Made by a program: the position numbers and the translations under genes
Shown here: positions 11,701 to 25,032 of the stretch, one piece after another
Numbering within the stretch: position 1 is the stretch's first letter
Layout of the letters: every line of letters starts with the position of its first letter
Assembly: GCA_030704615.1 (NCBI GenBank)
Contig: CM060734.1
Location: forward strand, 20,336,001 to 20,400,000
Direction: 5' to 3'
Length of the DNA: 64,000 bases
Source of the DNA: Takakia lepidozioides
Lineage: Eukaryota; Plantae; Bryophyta
The notes under the pieces: generated by a model
The model's input: the letters and a program-made list of their open reading frames with translations, nothing else
Databases searched by the model: none
What the model was told of the DNA's origin: nothing

Positions 11701-12170
11701 CTGCCCGCCCTGGTCATATACGCGCGGCCTAGCGACAAGTGCTCCATATTCTGTTAGTATCACTGGCGCAGCCCGTGACTGCTTTTGCGTTTCAACATGC
11801 AAATCATGCTGCAATGGTTTGTCATGGATACCACTATACCTCTTTAACTTATTGGCATTGACTCTTCCCAGCATCTCTTTGTTAATGGTTTGTAACATGG
11901 CGGTGTTGTTATCATACATCTTCTGTATGACATAAGGTCCTTTCCATGGTGATTTAAGCTTAGAAGCTTTAATCTTTCCCTTCTTCTGCAACCAGAGAAC
12001 CAAATCTCCCGTCTTTAAAGTCTTTAACTTGCCTTCATCAAACTGTTCCTTTCTCTTTATCTGAATTCTGGTCATGTTATCAGCTGCATCAGCACGTACT
12101 TCTTCCACATGGTATAATTCATGTTTCCTGACCTTAATTGAATCTTGCAATTCCATTCTCTTTCCCCATT
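11700..12170 (-). pseudogene. Integrase C-terminal tail (GPY/F module) of A1
   Basis: LKTGDLVLW...SKLKSPWKGPYVI...VNANKLKRY in ORF 11446..12156. Confidence 0.88.
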
Positions 12171-14728
12171 CGAGGAAACCAGCAGTTACCCATCACATTT
12201 CTATGAAGAAAGAGAGGGAGAAATGGAAATCCTAGAGGAACCAGCCACTGTGAGTTTACAGGATGAAGTGGTGACTGGTTGGACAATCACAGCTGATGAG
12301 CAGGTGAGGGAAGTGAATGTGGGAACTGAAGAGGAACCGAGGATGGTGAAGGTAGGAGCTGAATTGGAGCCAGAATTCTTTGAAGAAGCTAAGAGTTTGT
12401 TCAAATACAGAGATGTATTTGCTTGGAGCTATGAGGATCTAAAAGGGATACCACCTGAAATCTGTCAACATAAGATTGAACTGGAACCAGGATCAGTACC
12501 AATCAAGCACGCAAGGTACAGAATGAATCCCAACTATGCACAGAAGGTTGGAGAAGAGATCAAGAAGTTGGCTGAGGCTAAGTTTATATACCCAATAGAG
12601 TATACAACTTGGTTGTCACCCATTGTGATAGTTCCCAAGAAGAATGGTAAACTAAGAGTTTGTGTGAACTACAAGAAGCTGAATGCTTGTACGAAGAAAG
12701 ATCCTTTCTCATTGCCATTCACAGAAGCAGTATTGGACACTGTGGCAGGCCATGAGATGTACTCATTCATGGATGGCTTCAGTGGTTATAATCAAGTGCA
12801 AGTGGCAGAAGAAGACCAAGGAAAGACAGCTTTCATCACAGACTGGGGGTGCTTATGCATACAAAGTCATGCCCTTTGGACTTTGTAATGCACCAGCAAC
12901 CTTCAGAGAGTGATAAGTGAATCTTTTCATGAGTATCTGGATGATTTCATGCAGGTGTTCTTGGATGATTTCAGTGTGTACAGCTCTAAGAATGAGCACT
13001 GGCATAAATTGGAGTTATGTCTGGCCAGATGCAGGATGAGAGGTCTGGGCCTGAATCCAGATAAGTGTACTTTTTGTGTGAACTCAGGGGTGCTTCTGGG
13101 ACACATTGTGTGTAAGAGGGGCCTTCTTGTGGATCCCAGGAAAACAGAGGCCATTAAAGCCTCTCCACCACCAGTGAATGTTAAGAGTCTAAGGAGATTC
13201 CTTGGGCAAACCAGTTATTACAGAAGATTTGTCAGACGGTATGCACAGATAGCAGCACCATTGAGCAAACTTCTGAAGAAAGATGTAGTGTTTGCATGGA
13301 CACCTGAATGTCAACAGGCTTTTGAGGAACTTACATTGTCAGTAACAACTACACCTGTGCTGATTAATCCTCACTGGTAGGAAATATTTCATGTTCACTG
13401 TGATGCTTCTGGAGAAGCACTAGGAGCAGTGTTAGCCCAAAATGTTACAGGAAGGATAGATTCACCTGTGTACTATGCTAGCCGATTGATGAACAATGCC
13501 GAAAGAAATTATAGCACAACGGAAGAGAAGCATTGGCAATGATCTATGCGGTGAAGAAATTCAGGCATTACCTATTGGGCAAGAAGTTTATGTTCTATGT
13601 GGATCACCAGGCTCTGATATACCTAGTAAACAAACCTCTGATAAGCGGAAGAATAGCAAGATGGTTGATAATCTTGCACGAGTTTGAGTTCGAGGTTGTT
13701 TACAAGCCTGGGAGGCTGCATCTTGTGGCGGATCACTTGTCATAGTTATCAACAGGAGAACCAGCCACGGGAGTAGATGATCAATTACCAGATGCGAGTC
13801 TATTTGCAGTGGAGGTGCAGGGAAGTGCACATGACTGGTTAGATTGGCAGTGGCCAATCAGATACTACCTTGCTCATGGTCAGTGCCCACCAAGTTATGG
13901 AAAGGAGCAGAGAAAGAGAATTGCTATCAAGGCTCTACCTTACACTATGGTAGGGAGCAGAATGTATAAGCTAGGACCAGATGGAGTGCTGGAGCGATGC
14001 TTATACCCACCATGAAGTTAATAAAGTTTTGGAGGAAGTTCATAAAGGAGTGGCAGGAGGTCATTTTGGAGAAGAGACTACCAGTAGGAAGATACTACAT
14101 GCAGGTTACTGGTGGCCTACTTTGTTCAAAGATGTATACAAGTATTGTCAGAGTTGTGATGAATGTCAGAGACTAGGACCTTTGCAGAGATCTGGGAAGA
14201 TGGCTTTGCATCCTACAATGCCTACGGAACCATTTTAGAAATGGGGACTAGACTTTGTTGGACCAATTAACCCACCAGCCAAGAATACACAGAACAGGTA
14301 CATAATTACAGCCACTGATTATACTACGAAGTGGGTGGAAGCTAAAGCTTTGAGGGACAACACAGCCAAGTCCACAACAAGGTTCATGTATGAGAACATA
14401 CTTACACGATTTGGCTGTCCCTTGGAATTTATCAGTGATCAGGGAAGTCACTTCATTAATGAGACCATTGAATTATTGACTAAAGAGTTCATGATTGTGC
14501 ATAGGAAGAGTACAACATATTACCCACAGGGTAATGGGCAGGCAGAGGCTACCAACAAAATACTAGATACTATCTTGGCTAAGATAGTCAATGCAAACAG
14601 AACGGATTGGGATACAAAGCTGTTGACAGCTTTGTGGTCATACAAGACTTCATATAAAGTCACCACTAAGTATACACCATTCCAATTAGTTTATGGTATG
14701 GAAGCTTTACTTCCAGTGGAATTTCTGT
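12171..14728 (+). pseudogene. RT, RNase H and integrase core of A1, inverted relative to the rest of the element
   Basis: RT motifs SPIVIVPKKNGKLRVCVNY, SFMDGFSGYNQ, MPFGLCNAPATF, VFLDDF. RNase H CDAS...YYASR...VDHQAL. Integrase HHCC (H.GVAGGH...CQSCDECQ) and ISDQGSHF...YYPQGNGQAE. These are on the plus strand while the flanks are on minus. Confidence 0.95.
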
Positions 14729-14729
14729 T

Positions 14730-17700
14730 GCTGACACTACACCACAGCAGATACCTCTTAAACAACTTAGGCCTTCCAGCCGCATCTCTACAACCTGCTC
14801 CCACTCTGGGTGTGCAGCAAACAGGGTAGCTTTCTGCTCCTCATCCAGTCCTCCTCTCCAGTCATACTCTCTGACCCCTCGAGGTCTTCTCGTAGCAGGT
14901 AATCTACTAGATTTCTTTGTGGTAATTTGTATCTCGTGCATCCCATTATGCACGGTTAGTAACTGAGAATTCCAGTCATGGAATACCTTGGCCTATTTCA
15001 GCCACGGACGTCCCAATAATAAGGAGTAAGCCTCCATGACTTCATCCATCTTCAACACAGTTACTGTGATCATAAAGATCATCTTCTGTATCTGTATCTT
15101 AACTCCTCTTATCAATCCCAATGGTTGTACACTTCTTTGATCTGCCATTGTTATTGTAAATGGGGCTGGTTTCATGTTACTTAGACCAAGCTTCTTCCTT
15201 AATTGGTCTGTCATGATATTTACTCCAGAGCCTCCATCTATCAGTACATCAGTTAGTTCTGTGCTTCCAATTCTCAATTGGATTACTGGCATAGAATCAT
15301 CAAAGTCCATGACTGTTTCTCGCCCTTCCGGCTTCACATTATAACTGGTCACCTTGCTGTTCAGGTCTGTGTTTCCTGTCTCCTGGGCAATTCGATTGAT
15401 TGCTTGATACAGCCTGTGTCTACAATAAGGTGCCACAGCCAATAGCTGTCCAATGGTAATCTCTGCTTTGGTCTGGCATATTACTTCAGCCAAAGTCCTT
15501 CATTACTTTGCATGTCTGCAGCTTCTTTCTTCCTTTCATCCTCACTCACTTCTTCTTCTCCATCAGAATCAGAGGAATCTGCCACAGGAATATCAGTACT
15601 CTTCTGCATTTCCCTTATGGTATCTGCCACTTCCTTGTGCAGTTCCTTATCATCTCTCCAAGCCTCATCATCTTCAGGCATATCACTGCCATTTCCATTA
15701 TCATCATCTTCCTCAACTACTGGAGGTATTGGTTTGGCTTTGCTTCTTGTTACTATCATTGTACTTACTTCTGGTACAACACATGGCCTAACCATGTGAG
15801 CTGCCACCACTGGGCCCATTCACATGAGCTCTCATCTCATTCTGGTGTCTAATCCAGAATGAACAGGCTGCCTTGCGATGTCCTGGCTGATTACAATAGT
15901 AACACAGTTCTTCACCATTGGGTCCTCGCCCTTGGTCTGCTCTTGGATTATTTTTGTAATCCTGATTCCCTGGCTGGTAATTCCCCCTTGGATTACCCTG
16001 ATAGTTGCCTCTGGAAATTCCTTGGTAATTCCCTCTTGAATTACCTCTCCCTTCCATGCCATTGTTATAACCACCAGGCCTACCATAATGGTCCTGATCA
16101 TTGTTTCTTCTTGGCTGGGGCTGCACTTGATGCACCCTTACTTGCCTAGGTTCTCTTGCAGCTGTCCTTCTGTTGTAGTAACAATTCTCAGTACAATGGT
16201 TATCCATCTTACAGATAGTACAGTGTTTCTCCTTCATGTGGCATTCAGTGGTGGTATGGCCTTCATTCTGGCACTTTGCACACCAAACACCCTTCTCCCA
16301 ATGTGTTGCAGCCTCTGTGGCATACTTCTTCAAGATTTCTGCTAATCTTTTCTCATAGTTATCCCTCTTCAACTTCTCCTTTCTCTTACTCTTCCTTTTC
16401 AGTTCTTGCTCTTCTTCTTCATCTGACTCATCCTCATAGTCCTCATCATCCCTTTTCACTCTCCTGAGCATTCCCAATTGCTCAATTTTGTTTGCAGTTT
16501 CAAATGCCTCCTCCACTGTATTATGGGGTAACATATCCACTTTCTTTTGCAACTCTGGTCTTAGTCCACTCACAAACCAAGTCTTCTGTAAACCTGGTGC
16601 TGGTACAGCAGCCAGCTTTTTCATCATCAATTCCATCTTTCCATATACTCCTCAACAGTTTCATGCTTCTTTTGCTTTAACTGTTGTAAACTTCCATACA
16701 CTTCATCCTCAGTTTTACTTGTCTTGAACCTATTTCGGAATGTTGTATTCAAGCCATTCCAGGTTAGGAAATGATTATCAGGGAATCTTGCATACCATTC
16801 ACTTGCTTTCTTGATAAGTGAACAAGGAAACAATCTCATCTTGGCATCATCGCCATTCTCATTGTTCACTATATACATGTGCTCAAATTGGCTAATGTGT
16901 ACATCGGGATCCCCTTTTCCTGAATATATTGGAAAATGTGGTTTTGCCCGTGTTGGTTGTAACGCCATCTGTGGCCCTACCTTCTGCCCACTGACAGGTG
17001 TTGGCACCCTTGCTGGTGCTGGTTCTTCAGGACCTGTTGTTGTTGTGGTGGATCTTCCACCAAGTGGTGGCCCTTGAGCACTCCCTGCTACTGGCCCCAC
17101 GATATTCACAGTATTCCCAGCTCCAGTTGCACTACTTCCAACACTCCCTGTCCCCCCAGAGCCAGATCCAGGCAGCCCGCCTGATCCCCCTGAGCCGACA
17201 CTTTCGTTGGCCTGTGATCCAAGTGCTCCACTTGATCCAGGTCCAACGGGTTGGGATGTCCTGGTTGTAGTCTCAACCTCAGCTGTTGGTCTACTTCTTC
17301 ATACTCTTCCTCTTCCAATTTCTTCTCTCCATTTCATCCTCCAAGTTTTGCCCTTGGGTTTCTTCTTCACTCATGTAACTCAACTGCAATGGTGTTGGAG
17401 AGTCTGAACTCTCCGTTGGCTCTGCCACATCCTCTCCTCCTTCTTCACCTTCCGCTTCAGAAACTGGAGTTCCTGCTTTTGGTGTTCCATGCCAACTTTT
17501 ATCAAAGATTTATGTCAAATCTTTTATCCAGGGATGTACCTCAGATCTTTCACCTCGTGATTGATCTTCTTCCCATACCAATTCCCTTAATCTTTCTTGC
17601 AAAGAAAAAGAAGGAGTGGCATCCAACTCTAGTTCTTCCGGTATGGGTGATGTACTCTCTGATCTTATTGGTGTGAGAGGTCCAGATGATTCCCCTATGT

Positions 17701-18380
17701 CTATTCCTCTCTCCCAAAGATATGGATAATTAGCTTTCAGATAGCTTTCTTTTTGCTGAATATCTCTGGCGTCTAGCTTCTCTTTCATCACTCATGTCCC
17801 ATGTCTTTCATTTCTTTTAATGTGGCAATAACCAAAACTCTCTTCTGTAATATCTCTCGTATATGCCTGGGTTTCTTTCAAGCTTCAATGCACCCTTGGC
17901 TATACTAGAAGTCCATTACCATATAACCATATAGCAAACAAGTCTGGAAAGCTGTTCTTGGTGTGAGTTTGATCCACAAAATATCCTTTGGAATCCAATT
18001 CTTTACCAGTACAAGCTCTTCATGCATATGAGTATAAACATTCACTTTTCTTTCCTCCCAGCCTTCAAACTCTACTCGCTTAATGGATAGCAATGCTATC
18101 ACATAAACCAGTGTTGGTAACCAACATGCTCTTCCTCTACAGGCCACCTGATAAATCTTTATCACTCCTTTCTCCAGACCCCACTCAGGGTCAGCATCAT
18201 GCACTCTCTTAAGAATGTTTTCTTTACAACCGTCTGGCAATTCCAAGAACCTCTGAAAGAATCATTTGGACAATCTTTCCTTCTCAGTTTCACAGGGAAT
18301 TTGATTCACATCAAATTCCTTAATTCTCCATCCACCATGATCCCACCAGATGCCTGTCACATCTGGTTGTTCATGACCCA
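14730..18380 (-). pseudogene. gag with long N-terminal extension, and aspartic protease, of A1
   Basis: YSGKGDPDVHISQFE...LFPCSL...ASEWY gag domain. Three CCHC knuckles (CAKCQNEGHTTTEC, CTICKMDNHCTENC, CYYCNQPGHRKAAC). Protease VLIDGGSGVNIM...LLGRPWL. Confidence 0.92.
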
Positions 18381-18382
18381 GT

Positions 18383-18400
18383 TCCCCAGTATGGTCGCCA
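18383..18400 (-). promoter_or_regulatory. Primer binding site TGGCGACCATACTGGGGA, probably tRNA-Arg type
   Basis: Lies 2 nt inside the 5' LTR end and begins TGG. The tRNA assignment is from resemblance to plant tRNA-Arg 3' ends and was not computed. Confidence 0.8.
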
Positions 18401-18402
18401 AA

Positions 18403-19494
18403 TGTCGCGCGGCTTTTACTCACCCATCCCTTCGCTATCCGAGGCGGGAACTCCAAGATAGAAGAGCTGGAAATCTCTAAGCACTCAGCCCGCTCAGAAC
18501 AATCAGTCATGACCTACAACTAGTGTATCATGGGGGTGTTTCCTATTTGTTTTCCTTCCCGCATTTATGTTAGCTAGTTACCTTACTGTTGGTATTTAAG
18601 TATCAGTTTGCTTCAGCAATCTATCGGATTCCATCAACTCATCCATTCATTCCACAACTTCACTCAGATCTCTCTACACAGTGTGAGTATGAAGTATGTA
18701 TCAGATTAATATCTATCAAGTATCAGGCTGAAGCCATGGTATCTCTATTCTGCTCTACATTACAACTCTACTTCTTGCATTCAGCAAGTATCAACAGATC
18801 ATTCTCCTCCTACTCCGTGCTCTCCATCTTTCTACTCAGAGATCCGCTCTCCGCTTCAGTTCCAAGTTCTGACCCCCCCCCCCCCCCCCCCGAAGTCCTT
18901 CCAGAAGTGATCATCTTCCCCCAGAAGTGATGATTTTTCAATCCTCGCTCCTGGCTTTATCTTCCTACCCGTTGTTCTAACCGTTTCCCTCACTAACCGT
19001 CATCCGTGAACTAACATGTTCCATTTGCAGATGTTGTTCCCCACAGTCGTCCCCTGTCCTACTATCCGTTCCCTGGTCGTGACAGCTGTGTCAAGCTGTG
19101 ACTGGCTGTGTGAAACTGTGACTGGCTGTGCGACTGTGTTGGGTTGTGTCGGGCTGTGTCTAGCTGTGACTGGCTGTGCAACTATGTCGGGCTGTGACGG
19201 GTTGTGTCGGGCTGTAATTAGCTGTGCGAAGCTGTGACGGCTGTGTCTGACTGTGTCGGCTGTGTCGGACTGTGACAGACTGTGACGGGCTGTGTTGAAC
19301 TGTGATGGGCTGTGTTGAACTGTAATTGTTGTGTTGGCTGTGACGGGTTGTGTTGGCTGTGACGGGCTGTGTAACCCCACCCTAAAGTGCGCTGTTGTCA
19401 CCCCTAAGGCTCCTGTTGGTCTCAGTCTGTGCAAAAATTAAGGGTACCCCACAGATCCCGAAAAAGTGCCTAAGTCCTAGACAATCCTCTAACA
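18403..19494 (-). repeat. 5' LTR of A1
   Basis: Direct repeat of 6484..7602, adjacent to the PBS and flanked by TSD GCACA. Confidence 0.95.
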
Positions 19495-19649
19495 GCACAC
19501 ATATGAGGATCTGTTCCAGGTGGAGAATATTAACATATTGGATAAAGTGGACATGGAGAAGCACCGCATTACGAGGTAGGAGACACTACAGAAAGAGCTT
19601 CAAAAAGCATACCATATAACATGTCTCAATATAATCGAAGACGAAACCC

Positions 19650-21000
19650 CATTCATTCAATGGGCGATTGAATGGTTGCCCATCCAAATGATTTTCGTTT
19701 GCTTTCAATCTTTGCCACTATGTTCAACATACCATGTATCAGGTCCCGGACTAATATCAGATCAATCAAAATTCATGCGATGGCTCAACAGATGGTTGGC
19801 CATCGAAATGATTTTGTTTTGCTTTGAGACTTGGCCACTATGTTCAATGTGTAAGAGGCCCCAATAAAATGAAATCAATCAAAATTCGTTCAATGGGCCA
19901 ACGGATGGTTGTTCAAATGATTTTCGTTCGCTTTGAAACTTGGCCAATGTGTTCAATGTACCCTCTGATACGTCCCAATGTAATACGAGATCAATCGATT
20001 GTCCAATGAGGCGTTCACTTGTCATCTGGTTTTTGTTCAATGCGAAAAAGAAATCCTGCAATGCGTGCATGGCTATTGCACACATTGAACGGATGTGGTT
20101 GAAGCCCCTCTTTTGCCCGCATGTGCTTGAACATGTGCGGAGACACAACAGACGAATAAATCATTTGCCTCCCCATCGACGCGCTCCCCCCTCAAGCCAT
20201 TCACAAATTTTAATTGAATTTAAAATTATTTTAAGCCAATAAATAGGTTTGCACTACCTTTCAGTGGGGGTTTCTGTCACGTATCGATTTTGTTTCTGGC
20301 TCAATTTTGTTCTGCGGCTTCCAGTATCCCGCGGCTACTCCCCTGTCCAAATTTGGACCAATCAAAAATGCCCCCAAAAAAAAATGTTCTCTTCGTTCAC
20401 TATTGTAGAACTCTCTATGAAGAGTGCATGAAGTAGAACACAAATCAAGTTTGGAGTGCAAAACAGGGAAGAAATTGTGGTTTTGGGTCCAAATGAATTT
20501 TGATCGCTCCCAAATTTGGCACGCATGTTGCATATGGCTACATTACACACCCCATTAAAAAACGGAATGAAAAAAAAAATCGTGAGCACGCGAAACACAG
20601 TCCAACAGGTCCCAAAGCAATAGCAGCTCCAACATAATACATTCAATGGTTTTACGGATGGTTGCCCATCCAAATCATTTTTGTTAGCTTCCAAACTTTG
20701 CCAGCACGTTCCAGACACCCTATCACAGGTCCCGGACTAATATCAGATCAATCGAAATTCATTCAATGGCTCAACGGATGGTTGGCCATCGAAATGATTT
20801 TGGTTCGCTTTGAGACTTATCCACTATGTTCAATGTGCCATGTAAGAGGCCCCAAAATAATATGAGATCAATCGAAATTCAGTCAATAGGCCAACGGATG
20901 GTTGCCCATCCAAATGATTTTCGTTCGCTTTGAAACTTGGCCAGTGTGTTCAATGTACCCTCTGATACGTCCCAGTGTAATATGAGATCAATCGAAATTA
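19650..21000. repeat. Two blocks of three ~120-bp tandem units flanking a ~640-bp core
   Basis: TCAATCGAAATT at 20748, 20868 and 20988. The homologous block is at about 19650-20000. Both blocks end ...CCCTCTGATACGTCCCA.TGTAATA.GAGATCAATCGA. Confidence 0.9.
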
Positions 21001-22309
21001 TTTTGTGCTTTGAGAACTTTATGGGTATGTTCGTAGAAAGATCATAGATTTTTGCGAAATGATTATGAAATACGCAAGGACCAGGCGAAATTTGTTTGGA
21101 AGAGGACCGTTCGTAACTCGTTATAACTTATTTGTTAACATCAATTTTTCTTGTTCTCCAGCTTTCGGAGTTCATTGCAAATACCCATATACACGTCATG
21201 ACCAAATATGACACCATCGTAAATTTGTTTACAGGGTGAACTACTTCTTCCCCATCACACGAGTCACTAGAAGAAAAACACGGAATAACCACTCTGTTAA
21301 CCACTCATTTTGAGTGGTAAAAGACACTAAACCACTCTGGCCCCAGAGTGATGAAGAACCAGTGCATTAGGACAAGTGAGTGGTAGAAGACATTACGTGG
21401 CACCGGTGGTTAAGGACAGTGGTTCGAACCACTCACGTCCGGGTCCACTGTTAGCTGACGTGTCACAGTGGTAAATTAACCACTGTTGACATGTCAATGA
21501 CGTGTCACTGAGGTAAACCAACCACTTATGACGTGTCATAGTGGTAAAGTAACCACTTCCGTTTTGTAGTGGAGACGTGTAAGCCGGTGGTCCGTGGATG
21601 ATATTGGAGATTATGTCGACACGTGGCGACACTCTCAGCATGGTCACGTGTCGTGTGTCAGTGCTACGAAATGGATGGAGTGAAAAATTCAATGACTTCC
21701 GAAACCACTTGTTGAGTGACCACAAAATGACTCATAGAGTCATTCTATGAAAATGAGAATATACAATATCACTCACAGAGCGGTTATGTGAGTGGATGAC
21801 GTCTCTCAGCAGGTCATTGGAATGATTACCCACAGAGTGGTGTGTAAGCTATTTGAGTCATTCATGCTGTCTCTTTGAGTGGGAACTATGGATTTGAGTA
21901 ATTACTAACAGAGTGGTGTATAAGTGATTAGGAATACCACTGGAAGAATTATATGTGACTACTTATACCACTATACAAGTGGTAATGTAGGCAATTGTGT
22001 GCATTTGGCTACTCCCACAGTTTTAAATTATACCACTATTACAGTGATGTGCAAGTGATTATGAACATGACTAGAGGAACACATACCACTAGTGTAGTGT
22101 TTAAAGAAGTACCATTGGGGATTCAAGCTCCACAAAATAGAATAGAATCCCAGAGAGTTAAGTGCTGGAACACTGTCAACAAAATCCAGCCATGATAAAG
22201 CACTAAACCTAACTTCTACACGGCGTCTCCGCATGCATGCTAGGAACACTGAACTGTTTTCATGCATTTTTCTCACTGCCAGCAATGTCTATGCCCGGGC
22301 GAACAAAAT

Positions 22310-23700
22310 CTAAGCCCTCTTCATGTTCTTCTCTGGCCAAAGACAATTCAGACCAACGACATCCTCCAACATTGTTTGCGGTGGGACCTCTTCCTCGTTA
22401 GGGTGAGGCAAGACATAATTGGCAATATAGATATCATTCACAAAACCCGCCACAATCCCTCAGGTATAACACGGCAGTGATATGTCATCTTTGCCAGGCA
22501 CACCAGTGACAATTCACTGGCAGCCCGTGTCGTGGTAAATGAGGATCATACAGGCTGATTTTGTCCTTCAACTTAAACTGCACACAACACCCACCATAAA
22601 ACCCACATTAATCAACCCATGAAGACATACATGTACATTGAAAACTAGATAATGAGGACCGCCCAGTATAAGCAATCACTGAAAGTGTAGAGTACTTTTG
22701 GTAGCATAAGAATATCTGCCACTGTGGCAAGGGGTTGCCTTTGAAGGCGCCGTAGTTGGTGCACTGTCGGTGGCAGTATCAAGAGCGGCTTTCTCAGCCT
22801 GCAAACATCACGCCCAACACCCCTTAGCAGTTTCATTAGCAATGCATCTACTAATAGTTTGAAGTACCCAACATGTAAATGGCCACATTGTACAGAACTG
22901 ATAGCCAACAGGTGCATGCATGCTCACCTCTAGTACAAAAACTGTTGCATGGAGAGGTGCCTCCTGAAGGCCCACCTGACTCTTACTCCCGCTAGAACTT
23001 GGTGTTATGTCACCATTTGCATCAGTCAAGGATTTTGTGCCTTTGGCAGCAGTGGCTCTGGTTACACGCTCTCCTTTTCACATGTACTTCTTCTCAGCTC
23101 CCTTCACAATGGCTGGGGTAGGGTCCTCTACTTTAGTCCCCTTCTACATGCCAACAAAACAACAAGGTATAGTACATGAGTACGTCTTACCATACCTGAT
23201 GCATAGAATTCATGGCACACACCAATAAAAGGGGGGCCTGCCCACTGCCCACCAGCGGCGTTGCATGGAGGGCCCCAAGTTTGGGCACCTCCTTATACCC
23301 AAGCTCCTTGGGGTCCTCCATTGGACCCACTTGGAATCCATGACCACGTGTTCGTCGTCTGTGGAGGGGCCATGGGCTGCTGCCAGGTAGGTGCTCCTTG
23401 CTGCAGCCACGTTTGCCCACCTCTGGATTGCACCCATGGGCCATTCGGGCCTTGTTGCACCCATGTTGTAGGTGGACCAGTAGCATTCGCCACAGCCTCA
23501 GTTCCCCCTTCCTTGCGCGCTTTGATGCAGCCTAACACAAGCCCCCTCCACCCCACAAAGTTAGCAATGATGGAAAATAAGGTCAACCGGGCAACGAGCA
23601 AGGTCGGCAGTTCGTGAATGCACACAAACCTTGGCCCAACGTGCCAAGAAAAGTTTGGCATCCAATGGCGTGAATGCATGAAAAGTCATGCTCTGGCGCA
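22310..23700 (-). pseudogene. Degenerate CACTA TnpA-like (ORF2) gene, probably multi-exon
   Basis: Manual translation of about 22480-22310 gives YHCRVIPEGLWRV/VNDIYIANYVLPHPNEEEVPPQTMLEDVVGLNCLWP with one frameshift. This resembles the C-terminal LP.P....TL.D..G...LWP motif of CACTA ORF2 proteins. A Q/P/W/G-rich segment lies upstream at 23293..23679. Confidence 0.6.
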
Positions 23701-24696
23701 ATAGCAATGTCCCACATCCATTCAGTATTAAAACCCTAACACATGTTTCTAACCCTTTGAAATTTAATCCAGCAGTAAGCAAGTCAATACATAGTCCAAC
23801 TCGTAAGCCATTCATCTTTCTCACAAAGTTTCCAGGTCATTCACATTTAGGAAAGAACCAAGGTTTGATATATAACATTTACCACCATATATGCAGATTG
23901 TAAACTCATCACAAAAGCAGATTGCAGGCTGGAGATAAATCTCCGGAACCAGGCTCAAAGCATATCAGGTTCAAAATGAAACAATCAACCACTCATGCCT
24001 TAAGTTCACAAGCCAATCATAGTAGTAATAGGCTTGGTTATATAAACCAATCACCATCTCAGTCACTGTAAGCATATACATTTCATGAGCCATTCTCAAG
24101 CCTCTCCCTCACTCTCAGTCCAGCCCCACACACTCCTTCTTCCATCAGTTCATCACTCCAAAGATCATTCCTCCGCCATACACCCCAGCCTCTTACTCAC
24201 TTAGATTTACCCTAAACCTTGTTCGGTTCTGCCTCTATCTCTGCTTTACACAAAACTCTACCCTAAACCCTACACATCATGAAAATGCTCAATCGCTTCC
24301 ACAATCTGAGAGGAACCAATGGTGAGATTGTACTCATAAGACGTTGTTTGCCGTAGCCTTGTGGCCATTGACCCCGCGCCCAGTTTGAGCGGGAACAAAA
24401 GGAACAGAACCTACCTCTGTCAGGGGCTGACGTTGGTAGTAAGACTTACCTTCATATAAAGACCACACGTCCTCCTTCCAACTAAGTTCAGCAGATGTTC
24501 AACAATCCTTTCACCATCTCTTCACACAAGACATCCCCTACTTTAATGATTGTACCGCTGGCATGAGCAACATCTAAAGGCAGTACACCAGCAACACTTC
24601 ACCAGCAGAGACACCCATTCCATAGCACTCAAGCACTTTCATGACCTCCTACTGTAATTCAGAATGCTACTCCTTCTCCCATGAGTATCAAACCCC

Positions 24697-25032
24697 GCGA
24701 TCGCGGTTGTCCCACCATCGTGCATGCCTTCATGCCCCGATTCTAGGGCTTGAGTCCCTGTCTGCCCCCTATCCCACCAGCTCCGCTCGTCATTGTACAT
24801 TGAGAAAAGCCACACCTTGCGATCGCGTTGTCCCATCATCGTGCACGCCTTCATGCCCCGATTAGGTCTTGAGTCCCTGTCTGCCCCTATCCCACCAGCT
24901 TTGCTCGTCATTGTACATTGAGAAAAAGTCACACCTTGCGATCGCGGTTGTCCCACCATCGTGCACACCTTCATGCCCCGATTCTAGGTCTTGAGTCCAT
25001 GTCTGTCCCTATCCCACCAGCTCCGCTCGTCG
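24697..25032. repeat. Three ~120-bp tandem repeats inside the CACTA
   Basis: GCGATCGCG.TTGTCCCA.CATCGTGCA at about 24697, 24819 and 24938. Confidence 0.93.

Larger units (their letters stand above)
6484..19494 (-). mobile_element. Full-length non-chromovirus Ty3/Gypsy LTR retrotransposon, family A copy 1
   Basis: Two ~1.1 kb LTRs with TG..CA ends. 5-bp TSD GCACA at 6479-6483 and 19495-19499. PBS, PPT, gag-PR-RT-RH-INT and a long extra 3' ORF are present. Confidence 0.97.

Noticed and set aside
24205-24275. Interstitial telomeric repeat (CCCTAAA)
   Set aside because: Only two or three scattered units, at most a telo-box inside the CACTA.
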